A stretch of DNA of 64,000 nt from contig CM069159.1 in the NCBI GenBank assembly GCA_035221665.1, forward strand, positions 25,544,001-25,608,000, given 5' to 3'. Below are positions 26,001 to 41,000 of the stretch, piece by piece (within the stretch, counting starts at the first letter, position 1; every line of letters starts with the position of its first letter). The notes below the pieces were generated by a model. That model had not been told where the DNA came from, did not search any database, and saw only the letters and a list, made by a program, of their open reading frames with translations. The translations under genes were made by a program, and so were the position numbers. This DNA is from Okamejei kenojei. Its lineage: Eukaryota.

Positions 26001-29000
26001 CGCCACAAATTCCCACTTCCAATTGTTCTCCAAACAAAACATCTAAGAGAAATTATGATTTTGAAAACATGGTATCTCAAGAATATTTTCTGCACAGTTG
26101 GAATATTGTGTGCAGTTCTGGTCGCCAAACCAGAGGAAGCACGTGGGTGCACTGGAGAGCGGCAGAGGAATTTCACGAAGACAATGCTTGTGATGGAATA
26201 CTTCAGACCCAAGGAAAGATTTGATAGACCTGGTTTCCTTTTAAGCAGAGGAGGCCAAAGGGGAAGCTTGAAATACAGAATTATGGGAGATATGGGTTGG
26301 ATAGATAGTAAAAAATATATATTTTTCACACAGAGGGTGGTTGCCATTTGGAATACAGTGCCCGAGAAGACAGTGGATGGTGGTAGTCTTGGAACAATGA
26401 AGAAGTATCTGGATAAGCTACAGCACCTTGTAGGAGCAAGAATGGAAAGGCCACGCAGAGTTGGTGTTCGAAGTAGCAGGTGATTTATTAAGACTCGTGC
26501 TTACGCTTTGCTCCTATACACTTGAATTGTCAAGGCACTGTAGGCTAAGGGTTAAAGGCTAGTGAAGGAAATGGGATTAGTGCAGATAGGTACGTGATAG
26601 TCAGCATTGATATGGTGTGCTGAAGAGCATGTTTCGGCACTATTTGACTCTATGAGTATGACCACACAACATCATTAAATAGAGGGTAGCCTACTGATTG
26701 ATTGATTAAAAGATACAGCAAGGAAATAGGACCTTTAGCACACTGAATCGACGTCGACCAACGATCACCCATTCCACCACGTTTGTAACGTTCCCTACAG
26801 ACAAAGGCTAATTAATTTATAAACCCAACTTTGGATGTGGGAAAACCACCAATTCTCTTGTCTGGGTAGATATGAGATGTGTCATGACATAACCTGAAGA
26901 AAAGGGGAATTATGTGATATCATATCCCATACCGAAGGTTACAAGGATAGTTTATTTAGCTACTTGTATCACTGGTATTTGTGGAACATTATTGTTCATA
27001 ATTTAGCTTAGTTCTGCTTATATAACAAAGACATCAAAAGTGTTTGGCCGCAAAGTACCTTGGAATTAATCTGAAACAGACGGTCGGAACTGAAGAGGTT
27101 CTTTCTATTGAACATTTACCGTTTCCACTCAGTCTTGCCAGTACCCATTTAGATGTGTAGCAAAGCTTGGTAGAAAATGCAACCCACTGTGGCAGCCAAG
27201 GTAATTTATCCCACCTCACCGCACGAAAATCCACTGGCCTCAAGAACATCTATAAAGATGAACATCAATCACCTTTCTTCTGAAATACAAACCATGAAGC
27301 ATCACCAAAAATCACAGTTGGCAGATTATTAGTCTGTATGGGTGAGATCATTTGAGGGAGCTGGTTGTAGCTTCAAGCATTACACAATTTAAAAGTGAGC
27401 CCTAAAGGAGATGGTGGCTTTTGTGGTCTTGCAGTGGAGATTAAGAAAATACTCCTACCGCTGTGGAATGTCCCACTGCCTCTGTATGTGGCTTGCATTG
27501 ATACAAATATAGGTTGGTCTGAAATGTCCTGGGACATTGTGTCAACAAGTTAAATCTAGTTTATTGGGCATCATTCTGTACCTTAAAAATGGTCTTTACG
27601 TTTCAATGAAAGCCAAAAAATTAGGAACTTCACAAAATGCATTAATGTCCCTTGGAAGCAATTTTGCCTCATTAGAAAAATCTCAATACAACACTACATT
27701 CATAATTCACAGCTGGGAGGCTCCTAAAATGTCAGGATTACCACTAGAGTGAAATTTACAAGGACTAAAGCAGATCAATGGTGATTTCAGCGTGTGAATT
27801 ACTGTGATTACTTTCGGTAATTGCCATACAATTTTGGAGAAAGTAATCACAAACATTGCTTCCAGAATTGTAGATGTCTCGTGTTCCATTCTACATTTCC
27901 CCAAATATTTTATCGATCAATTTTAGTGCAATAGAAATAGAAAATGCTGGATATTCTTAATATGTCAGCCATTATTTGTGACTGCAAAACAGAGTTAGTG
28001 TTTCTGGTTGTCCATACAGATTTTTAGCTCAATGGATACTCCATCAGAACTAATGAAAAGACAAGGACGAGAAATATTTTTTGTGGTCTTTGCACGGATG
28101 TTGTGAGACCTGCTGAATTTTACCATCTATTCCAGTATTTATTGATTGAAACCAAAATTTATAAAAATATTCTTTATTAAAATCTGACAATGTGCACTTT
28201 AACCACATGCGATTTTTTCTATTACAAATCTCAAATCGTGGAGTATAGAGGCAAATACATAACATGTCNNNNNNNNNNNNNNNNNNNNNNNNNNNNNNNN
28301 NNNNNNNNNNNNNNNNNNNNNNNNNNNNNNNNNNNNNNNNNNNNNNNNNNNNNNNNNNNNNNNNNNNNNNNNNNNNNNNNNNNNNNNNNNNNNNNNNNNN
28401 NNNNNNNNNNNNNNNNNNNNNNNNNNNNNNNNNNNNNNNNNNNNNNNNNNNNNNNNNNNNNNNNNNNNNNNNNNNNNNNNNNNNNNNNNNNNNNNNNNNN
28501 NNNNNNNNNNNNNNNNNNNNNNNNNNNNNNNNNNNNNNNCAGAGTTTGAAGAAGGGTCTCGATCCGAAACGTAACCCATTCCTTCTCTTCAGAGATGCTG
28601 CCTGTCCCGCTGAGTTACTCCAGCATATTGTGTCTACCATACTAATATATTACTGCCTACCTTACGCAATTTTATTTTCTGTCATAATATCTTCAAATGC
28701 TGAAGAGAATTATCTTCTCATCATAGTGTGATGAGATACTTTACATTATTCGAGACAGGAGTCACAGCAGTAGTTTACCATCTTACTGAAGGTAGCCTCT
28801 CTGACATTGAACAAAACTGTCCTTCACAACCGCACCAAAGCATCAACCTAGATTTTGTAATTAAATCTCTGTAGAGTGTCAACTATTGTTCCAAATGCAC
28901 AAAGATGTAGATCTGTTAATTCTGGATCTGACATTTTTAGATATTAATTTTTAAACTGGGGCATACCAGTAGGTATTTTAGTACAAATTAAGTAATTTCT

Positions 29001-32000
29001 GTATGGAAGCTTTAAAAGTACAATCACAGTAGCACAATCTCGGTATTAAAGATAATAGTCAGTTGGGGAACAAAGAGAGATTTATGGCCTTCTGCTTCGT
29101 GAGACATTATCTTTGTTTCTTCAGGCCATCTCTACTCAAACATAGAGACATGAACAATTTTGTTTCTAATGACTGCAGGAGCATAACAGGGGAGCCAATT
29201 GGCCCATAAACTTCAAATGTCCTTTGAACCTTGAACAGCAAAAAAATGTATAAGTGTATGGCAAACTGCTGCAATGGTTCTCAAATGATTGTCAGATAAC
29301 GTTAACTGCACGGCAGGTGAAGGGAAAGCAACATTAAAAAGAGAGATTGGACTACTATAACAAACACTGCTGTATGCTGTTGGGCCAACAGCATCAGCAT
29401 CATCATATCTCATATAGTGGCAATTTTAAAATACTGAAAAATCACTATGGCTAGCATTTTTGCAACCTCGGTGGTATTTTACATAATTAGATTTCCTGGT
29501 GTAGAGTGGACATTTATTCCAAATCAAAGTTAATGCTTGGATATTTTATATCCATAAATTACACAAGACTCGTAACAAAAATCCCTTGATAGAAGGGCCT
29601 CGAGCTACAATGTTTGTTGCACTAATGTGAGATTCACTTCTTGCTGGTCCAGAATGTACAGTGCGCTGTAATGACTTTCTAAATCAACGTTTAGTTTGAG
29701 GGGAATTACCAACTCAAAATACATTGACGTTAGAATTTGTTCCGATCAGAAGGCAGGAAAAGTAGTGTTGCATTATTATTATTACCATTTCTCACCCTTC
29801 CTTCCAATTTATAAGATCGCGGGCTCAAGAAATATCTCGGCATTCATGTCTTGCAATGTGATCTAATAACCATATAACCATATAACAATTACAGCACGGA
29901 AACAGGCCCTCTCGGCCCTTCCAGTCCGTGCCGACCATTTGTTTTCCCCTAGTCCCATCTACCTGCACTCAGACCATACCCCTCCATTTCCTTCACGTCC
30001 ATATACCTATCCACTTTACTCTTAAATGTTAAAATCGATCCTGCCTCCACCACTTCTGCTGGAAGCTGATTCCACACAGCCACCACCCTCTGAGTAAAGA
30101 AGTTCCCCCTCACGTTACCCCGAAACCTCTGTCCCTTTATTCTCATGTCATGCCCTCTTGTTTGAATCTTCCCTACCCTCAATGGGAAAAACGTATCCAC
30201 GTCAACTCTGTCTATCCCTTTCATCATTTTAAAGACCTCAATCAAGTCCCCCCTTAACCTTCTGCGCTCCAAAGAATAAAGACCTAACTTGTTCAACCTT
30301 TCTCTGTAACATAGTTGCTGGAACCCTGGCAACATTCTAGTAAATCTCCTCTGTACTCTCTCTATTTTGTTGACATCCTTCCTATAACTAGGCGACCAAA
30401 ATTGTACACCATACTCCAGAATTGGTCTTACCAATGCCTTGTACAATTTTAACATTACTTCCCTACTCCTATATTCAATGCTCCTATATAATAATGAGCA
30501 ACCACAGAAGGAGTGCTGCATCGTCAGTGATACTCTCTTTTAAATAGCACACAAAACAAGAACTCCACCTGCCAATGTAGATGGAGGTAGAGAATACAAT
30601 AGCAACATCTGAAGAACAGCAGGGGAGCTTGCTTAATGAAGCATTAATTGCCAATTAAAAATAACCAAATACATTATCTGGTTATCTCCCTTATTGTTGT
30701 TTGTGAACTTTGGTGAATGTTAATTGGTTGGCATACTTACCTTCAAAATAACTTTGGTTATACTTGAAAATAATCTAGTGGCTGGTTCACTACATAAATG
30801 CATGAACTATATCAGTTGTAGCTACTTATTTCATTGATTCATACCAGCAGGACAATCCAGAAATCAGGAAAATGTAATACTGACAACCTAATCTCAACAG
30901 GGATTTTGAATAAAATTAGCATTCGGGTGCTTACCCTTCTTTAAGAAATCCGATGGCTATTAATAGAGGCGCTAATCCAAAACCTGTAATTCCTAATGAG
31001 AAATGGTTTACCGAGGAGTAATGCACATAATACCCAAACCCAGAATGTTGTGCAAAATGGATTGTCCATTCCTGTTGCTGAAGAGCTTAATGATCAGAAT
31101 TGTATTAACTATACTTGCAATTTGCTGGTGTTCAATAGGAACAGCATTTTCAATACTAGGAAATATAAGATAACTACTTTAAAGGCACTATAACATGAAA
31201 AGGCAAAATACAAATGTTTTATCGATGATGCTCAGAGACCTGTTACATTTGAAACCTGATCTGATTGTACCAACTACAATGCTGCATTCTACTTCACATC
31301 TATCTCAGAAGATCTTTAAACAGTTGTGCATAATTCAGAATCTGGAATTGGAATTATTATCTGGGAAATGCTAGTTATTGCTCCCAATAATTACTGAAGA
31401 CAAACTGATATGTGGTACTATATCAGATTCAAATTGAATTGTGGTACTGCATCAAAAGCAGATAAGTAGAACAAAGGTCTGAAGAAGGGTTTCGACCCAA
31501 AACGTCACCCATTCCTTCTCTCCAGAGATGTTGCCTCTGAGTTACTCCAGCATTTTGCGTCTACCTTAGATTTAAACCAGCTTCTGCAGTTATTTCTTAC
31601 ACACAAGTAGAACATTTGCTGTGATCTCCATTCCCTTATTTTCTGACTTCCATACTTAGCCATAGGATACGCACAAGATATTTTAACTATTAATGGAAAC
31701 TCCATGCCAGGGTTTGGAAGCCTCATGAGTATTTTTCTTCTCTTTTGAGGGACAGGCAACTCATTTTCAACTCTATGTCTTTTCCCAATTGTGCATGGAC
31801 AACTGGGAGCTTGTTCTGTGGAAATGCAACATGTGATCATGCAGACATTTATTCAATGCAATAACGTTGCTTCAAGGGAAATGTAAGATGCCTGTACTGA
31901 GCACAGCAGGATGAGGGTGTTGGCTTATAGAAGTGCACAAGATTATGATAGGAATAGATAGAGTAAATGCACAGAGTATTTTAGCCAAAGAAGGGGAACC

Positions 32001-35000
32001 AAGAACCAAAGGACATACGTTTAAGCTGAGGGGGCAAAGATTTAATAGGAACCTGTGGGGTAACTTTTTTTTTTACACACAAGGGGTGGTGGGTATATGG
32101 AACAAGCTGGCGCAGGAGGTACCTGAGGCAGATACTATTACATTTACAAAATATGTGGACACATACATGGATAGGATAGGTTTGAAGGATATGAGCCCAA
32201 TGCAGACAGGCGAGGCTAATGTAGATGCAGCATGCTGGTTGGAGTGGCCAGGTTGGGCAGCAGGGCTTGTTTCCACATTGTGTGACTCTGTGACCCAATG
32301 TATTCCAACACTTTAAATGGTTTTATCCGCAGTGTATAATCTGCACTTCCTTTAAAGAGTTCCTACAGATTCATTCTTTATGAAGAGTTCAATCTAAATT
32401 ATGAAATTTAGCATGCCTTAAAAATCATTCTCAAACTTCACAAAAAAAATAACTGTGCACTTGAAAACCGGAAGGAAGTACTGAGAAACTTCAAAGATAG
32501 ATAAAACGCTGGAGTAACTCAGCCGGTCAGAGTATAACTGAAGAAAAGGAATAGGTGACGTTACAGGTTGAGACACTTCTTCAGAACCTTCCTTCACTCC
32601 TGAGATGCTAAATGAGCCACTGGGTTACTCCAAATTTTTATGTCTATCTTTGGATTAAACCAGCATCTGCAGTTCCTTCCTATACATATAAAGAAGCTTC
32701 ATGAGTTGACCACATTGCTCTCTATGAAGCCTGACAGTGTGCTCATTAGTATTTACAAATATTTTTATGCATTCCCATCAACTGTGATGTTGTGTGCCCT
32801 GTTCCCACTGGCAGTGGCGATGTCACTTCCTGCAGAGCTGAGCAGATGTTAAAGGGGGCTTAACTCTTCTTCTCCTCCATGCGCCTACACCTTCCGCATT
32901 TTAAATAGATTTAATTATATACCAGGGCCCGACATTTTAGTATACATGAAATCTGGACTGCAGTGAAATCAGGCCAGGATATTAAGATATTCAAAAAAGC
33001 TTATCTGAAGCAGGCTGAGGGATCAATCTGTTGGTTTTGTATATTTAAATAGAGCACAGCTGCAAGGCTACTTAATCTTTTGAAACGAGTCTCTGTAGAA
33101 TGTCGTAGTCAACAATTTAAATAAAACATGCTCAAACACTCTTTCCTGTAGATTTGCAATTAAATTTTAAGGAAAGTTCCAAACTAAGAGAAATGGAGCA
33201 GAAAGCCGTCCTTGTTTCTTTTATCGAACAAGCGGGTTTGGCTGTCTTCCTTCCGAACATAACAACGTTTCAGATTCGTTGTTTGCCCCCATCAGCTTAC
33301 CAAATGAGGATTTTTTGTTTCTGAGGCAAATAAGTGCCAAGAAGATACTCTACAATAGAATGGCTTGCTTAATTCTACCCAAACCTAACAATATTCATCT
33401 GTATAAACAGTCACTGAAAAGGGAATAGGAATGGGAATCCAGGACAATATTTTATGGTTGGGCTTTTGGATAGGGACAAGATGTGCAGGGATTGGACCGG
33501 TATGCTTAGGCCTGTGGCAATAGTTTTATCTTGGCCTCATGTTCAGCACAGACACGATGGGCCGAAGAGTCTGATTCTGTAGCGTACCATTACATGTTCT
33601 ATTGTCAAATATCTGTTGGGGATACGAGAGCCAATTGTAATTGACTCTGCTATCCTGTCTTCTAAAGAAGTGCAAGATTTGCACCTCACTTAATGCTCCA
33701 TTTCTATTGCGTGCCTTAAAGGCAAATGTAATACTCTGTTTTTCACCATGTGACTCTAAACCTTTAACCTCAACTTGCTTGAATTTTCTGGTGAAATATG
33801 CCAATTAGAAATCAAGCTACTCCTATTTACCAATAATTTGAGAAATGGCTTTCTAAAACACGGATCCCATTGATTTATCCCAAATTTTATTAAATAAAAC
33901 TCAAACAAAATCTATAGTAGAGAAAATTAATTTGACAAACAGTAGGTTGTCACTGTATACAGGCTTTGACACAGCTATAAAACATTTGAGCTGCAATCGT
34001 ATGATTTATTAAACTACAAGAACATCTCGATTCAATTTATATTACTGCCTTGTGTTTCACTGCTGGTCAGCTTAGGATATAATAGCCACAACCCTCTCAT
34101 AAGTTATCTAGTCATCCTACATGTGCCAACATTGTGCCTGCTTTGCAGAACCGATCTTTTAGTTAAATAATAAAGGCTTCTCCTATCAGGTACAGGATAA
34201 TCAATTACATTATTTTCAGGGTGGTTCAGTTACTGAAAAATATTTTTTGGAGGAGAACAATTTATATAAATCAAAGGACAACTCTATTTTTAAAAAAAAA
34301 TACCCATCACAGAATCGGTTTGATTTTGTAACCAGTGCCACAACGTTACTGTTTGTAAGCTGCCAATAGGATGGCCAAGTGTCTAATTTATATTAGCTTA
34401 AAGAATTATAGGGTCTGTCTGTCTCCTACACCTCTGAGCAATAAAATTAGCTTTTAGGTAGAAATACAATGTTTATAAAGTACTCACAAAATTGTTATCG
34501 ATTTCATCCGATTCTTCAGAAGCCTGCAGATCTTTAAGTTGTTGGCTAGGTTCAGAGTCCTGTGGACAAATTGGAGCTTATTTAGTTTCAAAATGTGTAT
34601 GATAAACATGTTATTTACTGTTGCTCTGGTTGCATAATCAGAGGCAAATTAACAACTTGATTTATCCAGTCTAAGTTAAGAGATCCATTAAAGTGGAATG
34701 GAAAGATGAAGCACCCACGTTTTCCCCAAAAAATGCTTCCCCTACTTCATTGCAAATCAAGAACCAAATCTTTTTCATTTTTTATAACCTAATGTCATGC
34801 CGGATCTTGGGAGAAATTTTAAATTGTCCCATGGAAATGAATGAAACTTAGTAACCATTTTCTCATCCTAGTCATTTTCCACAATTAGCGATGAACCAAA
34901 ATAAGGTAAGCGTTCCCTCCACCTCCCTTATCTTTCGCCACCTCTACAAAGTCACCAATTGGCTGATGTCTTTGAAATTTGACTCATATTAAAATGTTGT

Positions 35001-38000
35001 CAATCTAGAACTGCCCAAATTTGAGAACATTTCCAACCAAACATACTATGTTCACAAGGCACGGCCTTTCCTTAAGCACACGATAGTGGACAGGTCAAAA
35101 CACGTTCATTTGCTGTGAATGCGAGTTGGCTCATCTCATTCACATGAGTGTGCTTTTCACAGGCCACACTAGAATTTGATGCAAGGTGCAGTTATGCAAG
35201 GTGATATTCATCAAAAGGGTGGTAACGAGGACATGCTGATCGTTCGTTTGGATGGCGACTTATTGCTGGTTCCATAACCAAGCAGAGATCTGATAATATT
35301 TCTCCTTTAACCAGCATTAGTGAATCAAATCAATTAAGATTTTTGTACCACAGTTTGCTTACTTTTGACATGAGTAACATGGATCTTGGAATTGAACTGA
35401 TTTTGGAGTTCAAAAGAATCGTGCTGTTATTGGAGTTCTGAAATGTTTAATAGACGTAATATAAATGCAAGTCTTTTTTAGTAGCGGCTCACATATTTAG
35501 TAACTCGTCTCCTCAACACTAGTGTTTCTCGGGTAGTTGTCTTTAACTGGGGACGTGAGTAAAACTACACGGCAACTGCTCATCTCAGTGGTGCTGTCTT
35601 CTTTTGTTAAAGGGTGATATGTGTAATATGGGTGTTTAAGTGATCCATGTTCTAGGGTTAAAACCCTAATACTTAATTGAAACTCTGATGGATCAGTTCA
35701 CCCAAGCCTCCCCCAATTAACATAACATTGTTCCTGATCAGGGAAATAAAATTCCCTCAGCGGGTTCATACATTGGAATTCTGCTGTGGAAAAAAACATT
35801 TCCAACATACAATGGAGAAACTATTTCCTAAATATTATTGTAACATATTCTAATACCAAGACATGTTTGAGTATGAATGACATATTTTCTTTGGAATTAG
35901 ACAAAAGATGATATTTAATTTTAACATGGAATAGCATGCACGATTGAACAACTATAAAGGGCCGTGTACATGGATAGTGACTGCAAATTCTTTAAACAAA
36001 TAACCATGTTTGTTTTCTGGCTTCCCATTGGATTGAATTGTATAATGCATTTCTGCATGCGTCTCCATTGACCATTAGTTGTGATGATGCCAAATTAAAA
36101 TTCTGTAGACTTTGCAAGATAATGGGATGAAAATGTGAAATTATGAGATTTTTTATGAACACCTAACAAAACCATCTACAGAGGAGAGTTTCAAAAATAT
36201 TGGCCAGAACATTTTTTTGGATAGGTCACAGATGGTATTTGCTGTCTGCTGTCTAATTATATCTTTGCCAACAACTTGCTTGGAACAGCTTACACAATGC
36301 CAGATGTACTGCTGTACACCTAACAATACATTGGTAAAGATATCTCATCTAGATTAGACCAGGTTATCATGCCAGATTTGACATCATCCTTCCGTGGTAT
36401 TTGGCAATTGGAATAGCATTGTCGATTGTCCTTCAAATGGCCACAATGTGGAAAGTGGTGTGTGAAAAAGCATCTCAAATGGTGCAGTAACTCCAGCAGT
36501 TCAGCATCTCTAGAGAACACGGATAGGTGATGATTCAGACAGAGACCCTTCTTCAGACCCAATCTGAAACATCACCTATGCATGTTCTCCAGAGATGCTG
36601 CCTGACCAGCTGAGTTACTCCAGCACTTTGTGTCCTTTTGTGTATTAACCAGCATCTGCAGTTCCTTGTTTCTATACTTGGGTTGGATGGAGAGTTGATG
36701 CTGTGAGAATACAGAACAGTGCAACATGGGAAAAAAGCCCTTTGGCCAATGATGTCTGTGCAGAACATAAAGCCAAATCAAACTAATCCCTTCTGCCTTC
36801 ATATGATCCAGAACTCATCAGTTATCCAAACTCAATATTTTCCCATTTGTCCAGAGGGTGACTAAAGCCACAAAGTAAAGATATATATATTAAAATGCTC
36901 ACGGCATTTTTTAAATGAAGTGTGGAGAGATGATTGACACATTTGGAAATTGGTTGCTAAATGGAGCAACATTTAACATCAAAATAAGCATCCAAATATA
37001 TTAACGTTGCCAACTTTATTGAGAATACGTACATTTTCTTTAATTTGACTAGTTAGGCTCATAAACCATTCTTCAAAATATTTGACGAGTGAAGAATAAA
37101 ACATGACATTTCAAAGTAGGTTCAGTGACCAGCAAGGTAAATATCTGACAAATGTTAGGAATATTGATGTATTTTGGGAAGAACAGACAATAAGAATGAA
37201 TTGCCCTTTGGAGAACAAATATTAATCTTCTTTAAACTACTTTTTTTTTTAAAAAGGCACTGAACTAATTAACTGACAGGAATGGTGACTGCAGACTAAT
37301 TAAATCTGAATGCAATTGATTTCCAGAAATTTTTATTCGAAGCTCAGCATTACTGTACTTCAAAAGATTGTAAAACAAATATAATGAAGACAAATGGTGC
37401 TGTCAGCTGTGAGTAGTGGTTACTTGGCTGGAATTCTTGACAAACTAATTAGTTAAAACAATTAAAAAATACAATTTCAATTTGAATAGGAATACATTTG
37501 CACTGCATTTATAATGTTGGATTGAGAAACGATACACCAAGCAGGTAAAATGCACCATTCTAAACTGATCAGGATGCTTTGTATCCAAGGAAACCAGGGA
37601 AATGGTGAAGAGCAGAAACTCCGAATGACATGATCAAGTTTAAAAAATCCAAGGAAACCAGTTCATATTAAGGGTAAACCAAAAGACTTGCATTTAAATA
37701 GCACCTTTTTTTTCTTGTGTTTCTCTGCGGCTTCACAGGCAATAAAATAATGTAAGCTGCTATAATGTAGCAGACCACAACAATTAATTTGTGCATAAAA
37801 GATTCCTTGGACAGCAATACAATTATGACCAGTTAATGCATAATAGTGACAAAGCGGCATTTCCTCATCTCTGAATTGGAGTGTTTGCGTGATCAGGTTA
37901 ATTTAAAACAATTACACATATGTTTCTCAAGACAAGAGTTAGAATTCTAACAATAGTAGGATGATATTTCGAGAACAATAGACCAATTCTTTTCAATCTG

Positions 38001-41000
38001 AACTTTTCTTTCTTCATGTTGGAAGAAACTGCAGATGCTGGTTTAAACCGAAGATAGACACAAAAAGCTGGAGTAACTCAGTGGGACACAAAAAGCTCCA
38101 GAGATGAGGCCTGTCCCGCTAAGTTACTCCAGCTTTTTGTGTCTATCTTTTCTTTCTTCACCTGCTTTCTCTGCAGGTGTTAATTCCTGTTCAGTGTAGA
38201 TCTTATGGATGGCAAATATAGAGAGGTAATGCTGTACATCAAATGTTATCAGATCAAACCAGAAATTATTTCACTATCCTTCAGTGTCACATGCGGATGA
38301 GCATTAGGTTCCTGAGCTCAGATTAGAGACGTTTTCAGCCTTTTCAGTAATAGAGTACATTAAATCATCTTGTACTTTATGCCCTCTCCATACTAAGATA
38401 CACAGGTCTCTAAAGAGTGCTTTATAAACATTCATTTATCAACACTTAGTTCTTAACTGTTGGATTGTTGACATCTGTTTAAGAACCCCACTTCTCAATT
38501 TGACACCCCTTTCATTTCAGGAGGTGAGGCCTCTTCAATTCAATATCAAAGACTCAATTGTATCTGAAAGCATGTTCTTGGATTCTGGCATGCAACAAGC
38601 CCCCATGTCAGGCCTTCTAGATCACAACGAGTGCAGGCACAGAGGTGGGGGAATCAGTGTGGCCGTGCAGCAGAGAAGAGGGGAGTGGGGGTTGGCTGTA
38701 GAAGCAAAATCTGGCCCAAGGTCTCAATTGTAGCTGACATTTACTTGCCAATTTTTCTCTTTTTTTCTAATGGCTGGCTCTTTGTCAATGATTGAAATAA
38801 GATCCTACAAAGGCTAACTTAAGCAGACTACTCATTTATAAAGCTACACAGGTTGCAAAGCTATGTGGAATATCCCCTTATACATACAATAATTCTTTGA
38901 TGTACAATTGGTGATTCATGATGGATGGTCGAAATGGCTGTTGACTATTGTCCAAGGAGTTGAACTGACTCACATTAATGAATAAAGAGGGTGATATCGT
39001 ATCTGACCTGTTTATGTATCTTGTCTAATATTCAGACAATAGGACCACACTTCAAACAGATCACATGACAATCAATGCCTCTTGATCTGGTTTCCACCAA
39101 TGTCAAAGTTCCATACTTAAAAATATAATTTTCCCTTCAAATATTCCGCTGCACCACTATTTCTGCACCATCATTGTATTTTTATCAATGTACAAATAAT
39201 ATCGTGGTTTGCCAGTCAAATAATTTTTCCTTTGTTTCTCTGTACTCCATCAAAATAACCAAATTGACATTCATGAATCATAATCACAAAAACAATTCCT
39301 CTAAAATATAAGCCACTGAACCCTGTGCATTAACATATTAAAACCTGCTGATTAACAGGGGTAGTGGAGGGGGGAGGGTGTATTTTTTTGCCACTGATTT
39401 AGTTCCCTTGAATATGCTGACATTTTATTGCAAGGGCTACAACATGTTGAAATTAATAATTGCACGTGAACAACCCCTGCTGCTATTAATGTACAAATTG
39501 ATTAACATGGCAATTTATGGCAATGAAAAGGTTAGCAGTAATCGTCAGGTTGCTGCAATTTGATAGACTATTTGTTTCTCTTCTTTTAGATTCACAAAAA
39601 CAGAATTCCCGATTTCACCTCCATGGAAGTTATTGTATTGACCAACTAATACTGCAACCAACCTTGCATCTGGTGACATGTGCTGCCTAATCCCCAGCAA
39701 TGGGCAGCAGTCACCTTGCCAGCTAGAAGCAGCACTGAACCCTACATCATAGTAGAGAACAGCCACATGGCTCACCCTGGTCCACTCGTTCACCCTGGCT
39801 CACTCAGCGGCCGCCCACACAGGCAGTGTCTGCACAATGTACTGTGATTCATTGTTAGGTTCATGCCAGATTCCCGACATGTCTGTGTGCAGCAACGGGG
39901 AGGGCAGAAGTTCTTGCCAGTTTCCAATGCACAGTAACAACTGCCAGTAACGTATCTCTATTATGCACTGTAGCATAATGCTGTGATGAACCCTTTGAGC
40001 ACTGATTCTTTCAGCACGCTCATTCGTGGAAATGCATCCTGCACTCTTAAATGAGATACCAGTGCCATCCCACAGCAGAGAGCAACTTAAACCATTGCCA
40101 TTTTTGTTCTCAAAATGAAATGACATATAGTCGACACCAAAGTAGATCATTTTAACATGGAAGTACAACATATGGATTTGGAACAATGATCTAAATATGG
40201 TAACAATAGTTATATTATTTCATGAAATAAATTTTATAAACATATTTATGATGGACATGGATAGAATGTAAAGCTATTTTCACATAAAGGTGTCAATGAT
40301 TATGACAAGGGAAACATTTTCGGCCTCAGCCTTCCCATTATCAGTTTAGTTCTTTTGGCATTCAGACCCGAGCTTTGTACAAATGAATGCCTACCATACA
40401 GCATTCAGATTAGCATTAGATTCAGAGATGACAGTGTCATTTATAGGACAGTAAAACAACTTACCAACCTCTAAATACTAAATTAATACTTTGTCTGCAA
40501 ACTGGGGTTTCCTCAAATCGAAAATAAATTTCCTTTTTCAAATTCAGAAATTAAAAAAAATGATTGCAGTTGAAATCTAAGAGAATTAAAATGCGTTTTT
40601 AAGCATTGAAAGAAAAGTTCCAATGAACTTGCATGTTAATAGCATGATCCACAGCCATAAATGTCCTGCAAATACCACAGATATGGATTATACATTTGCT
40701 ATGAATCGTACCTTTTGAGGTGGATTACGCGGTTCATCAGGGGCTTTGGAAAGCAATGTAGATTTTTTATCCCTTTCGTTTTGTCCGTTGCATTTATCAA
40801 TTTCTGTTTCTAAATCATTTGGTTGTTCAGTAGCACAGGTTATTTGAGGGTCTTCCTCACTTTTATGTTCAGACTTCAAGTCCACATCTCCAACCTGCGA
40901 CAATTTTGATGTGCCATCGACTGAGTTGCATCTACTGTCTCCCGCTCCAAGTTTTTCACTTTCTGCTTCATCAACTGCCACTGCTCGCCCCAAGTGCCCC

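Noticed and set aside
28050-28731. Long ORFs in the track
   Set aside because: Artefacts of the N run
39980-40010. GTGATGA...CTGA on the plus strand
   Set aside because: Boxes too close and antisense to the host gene
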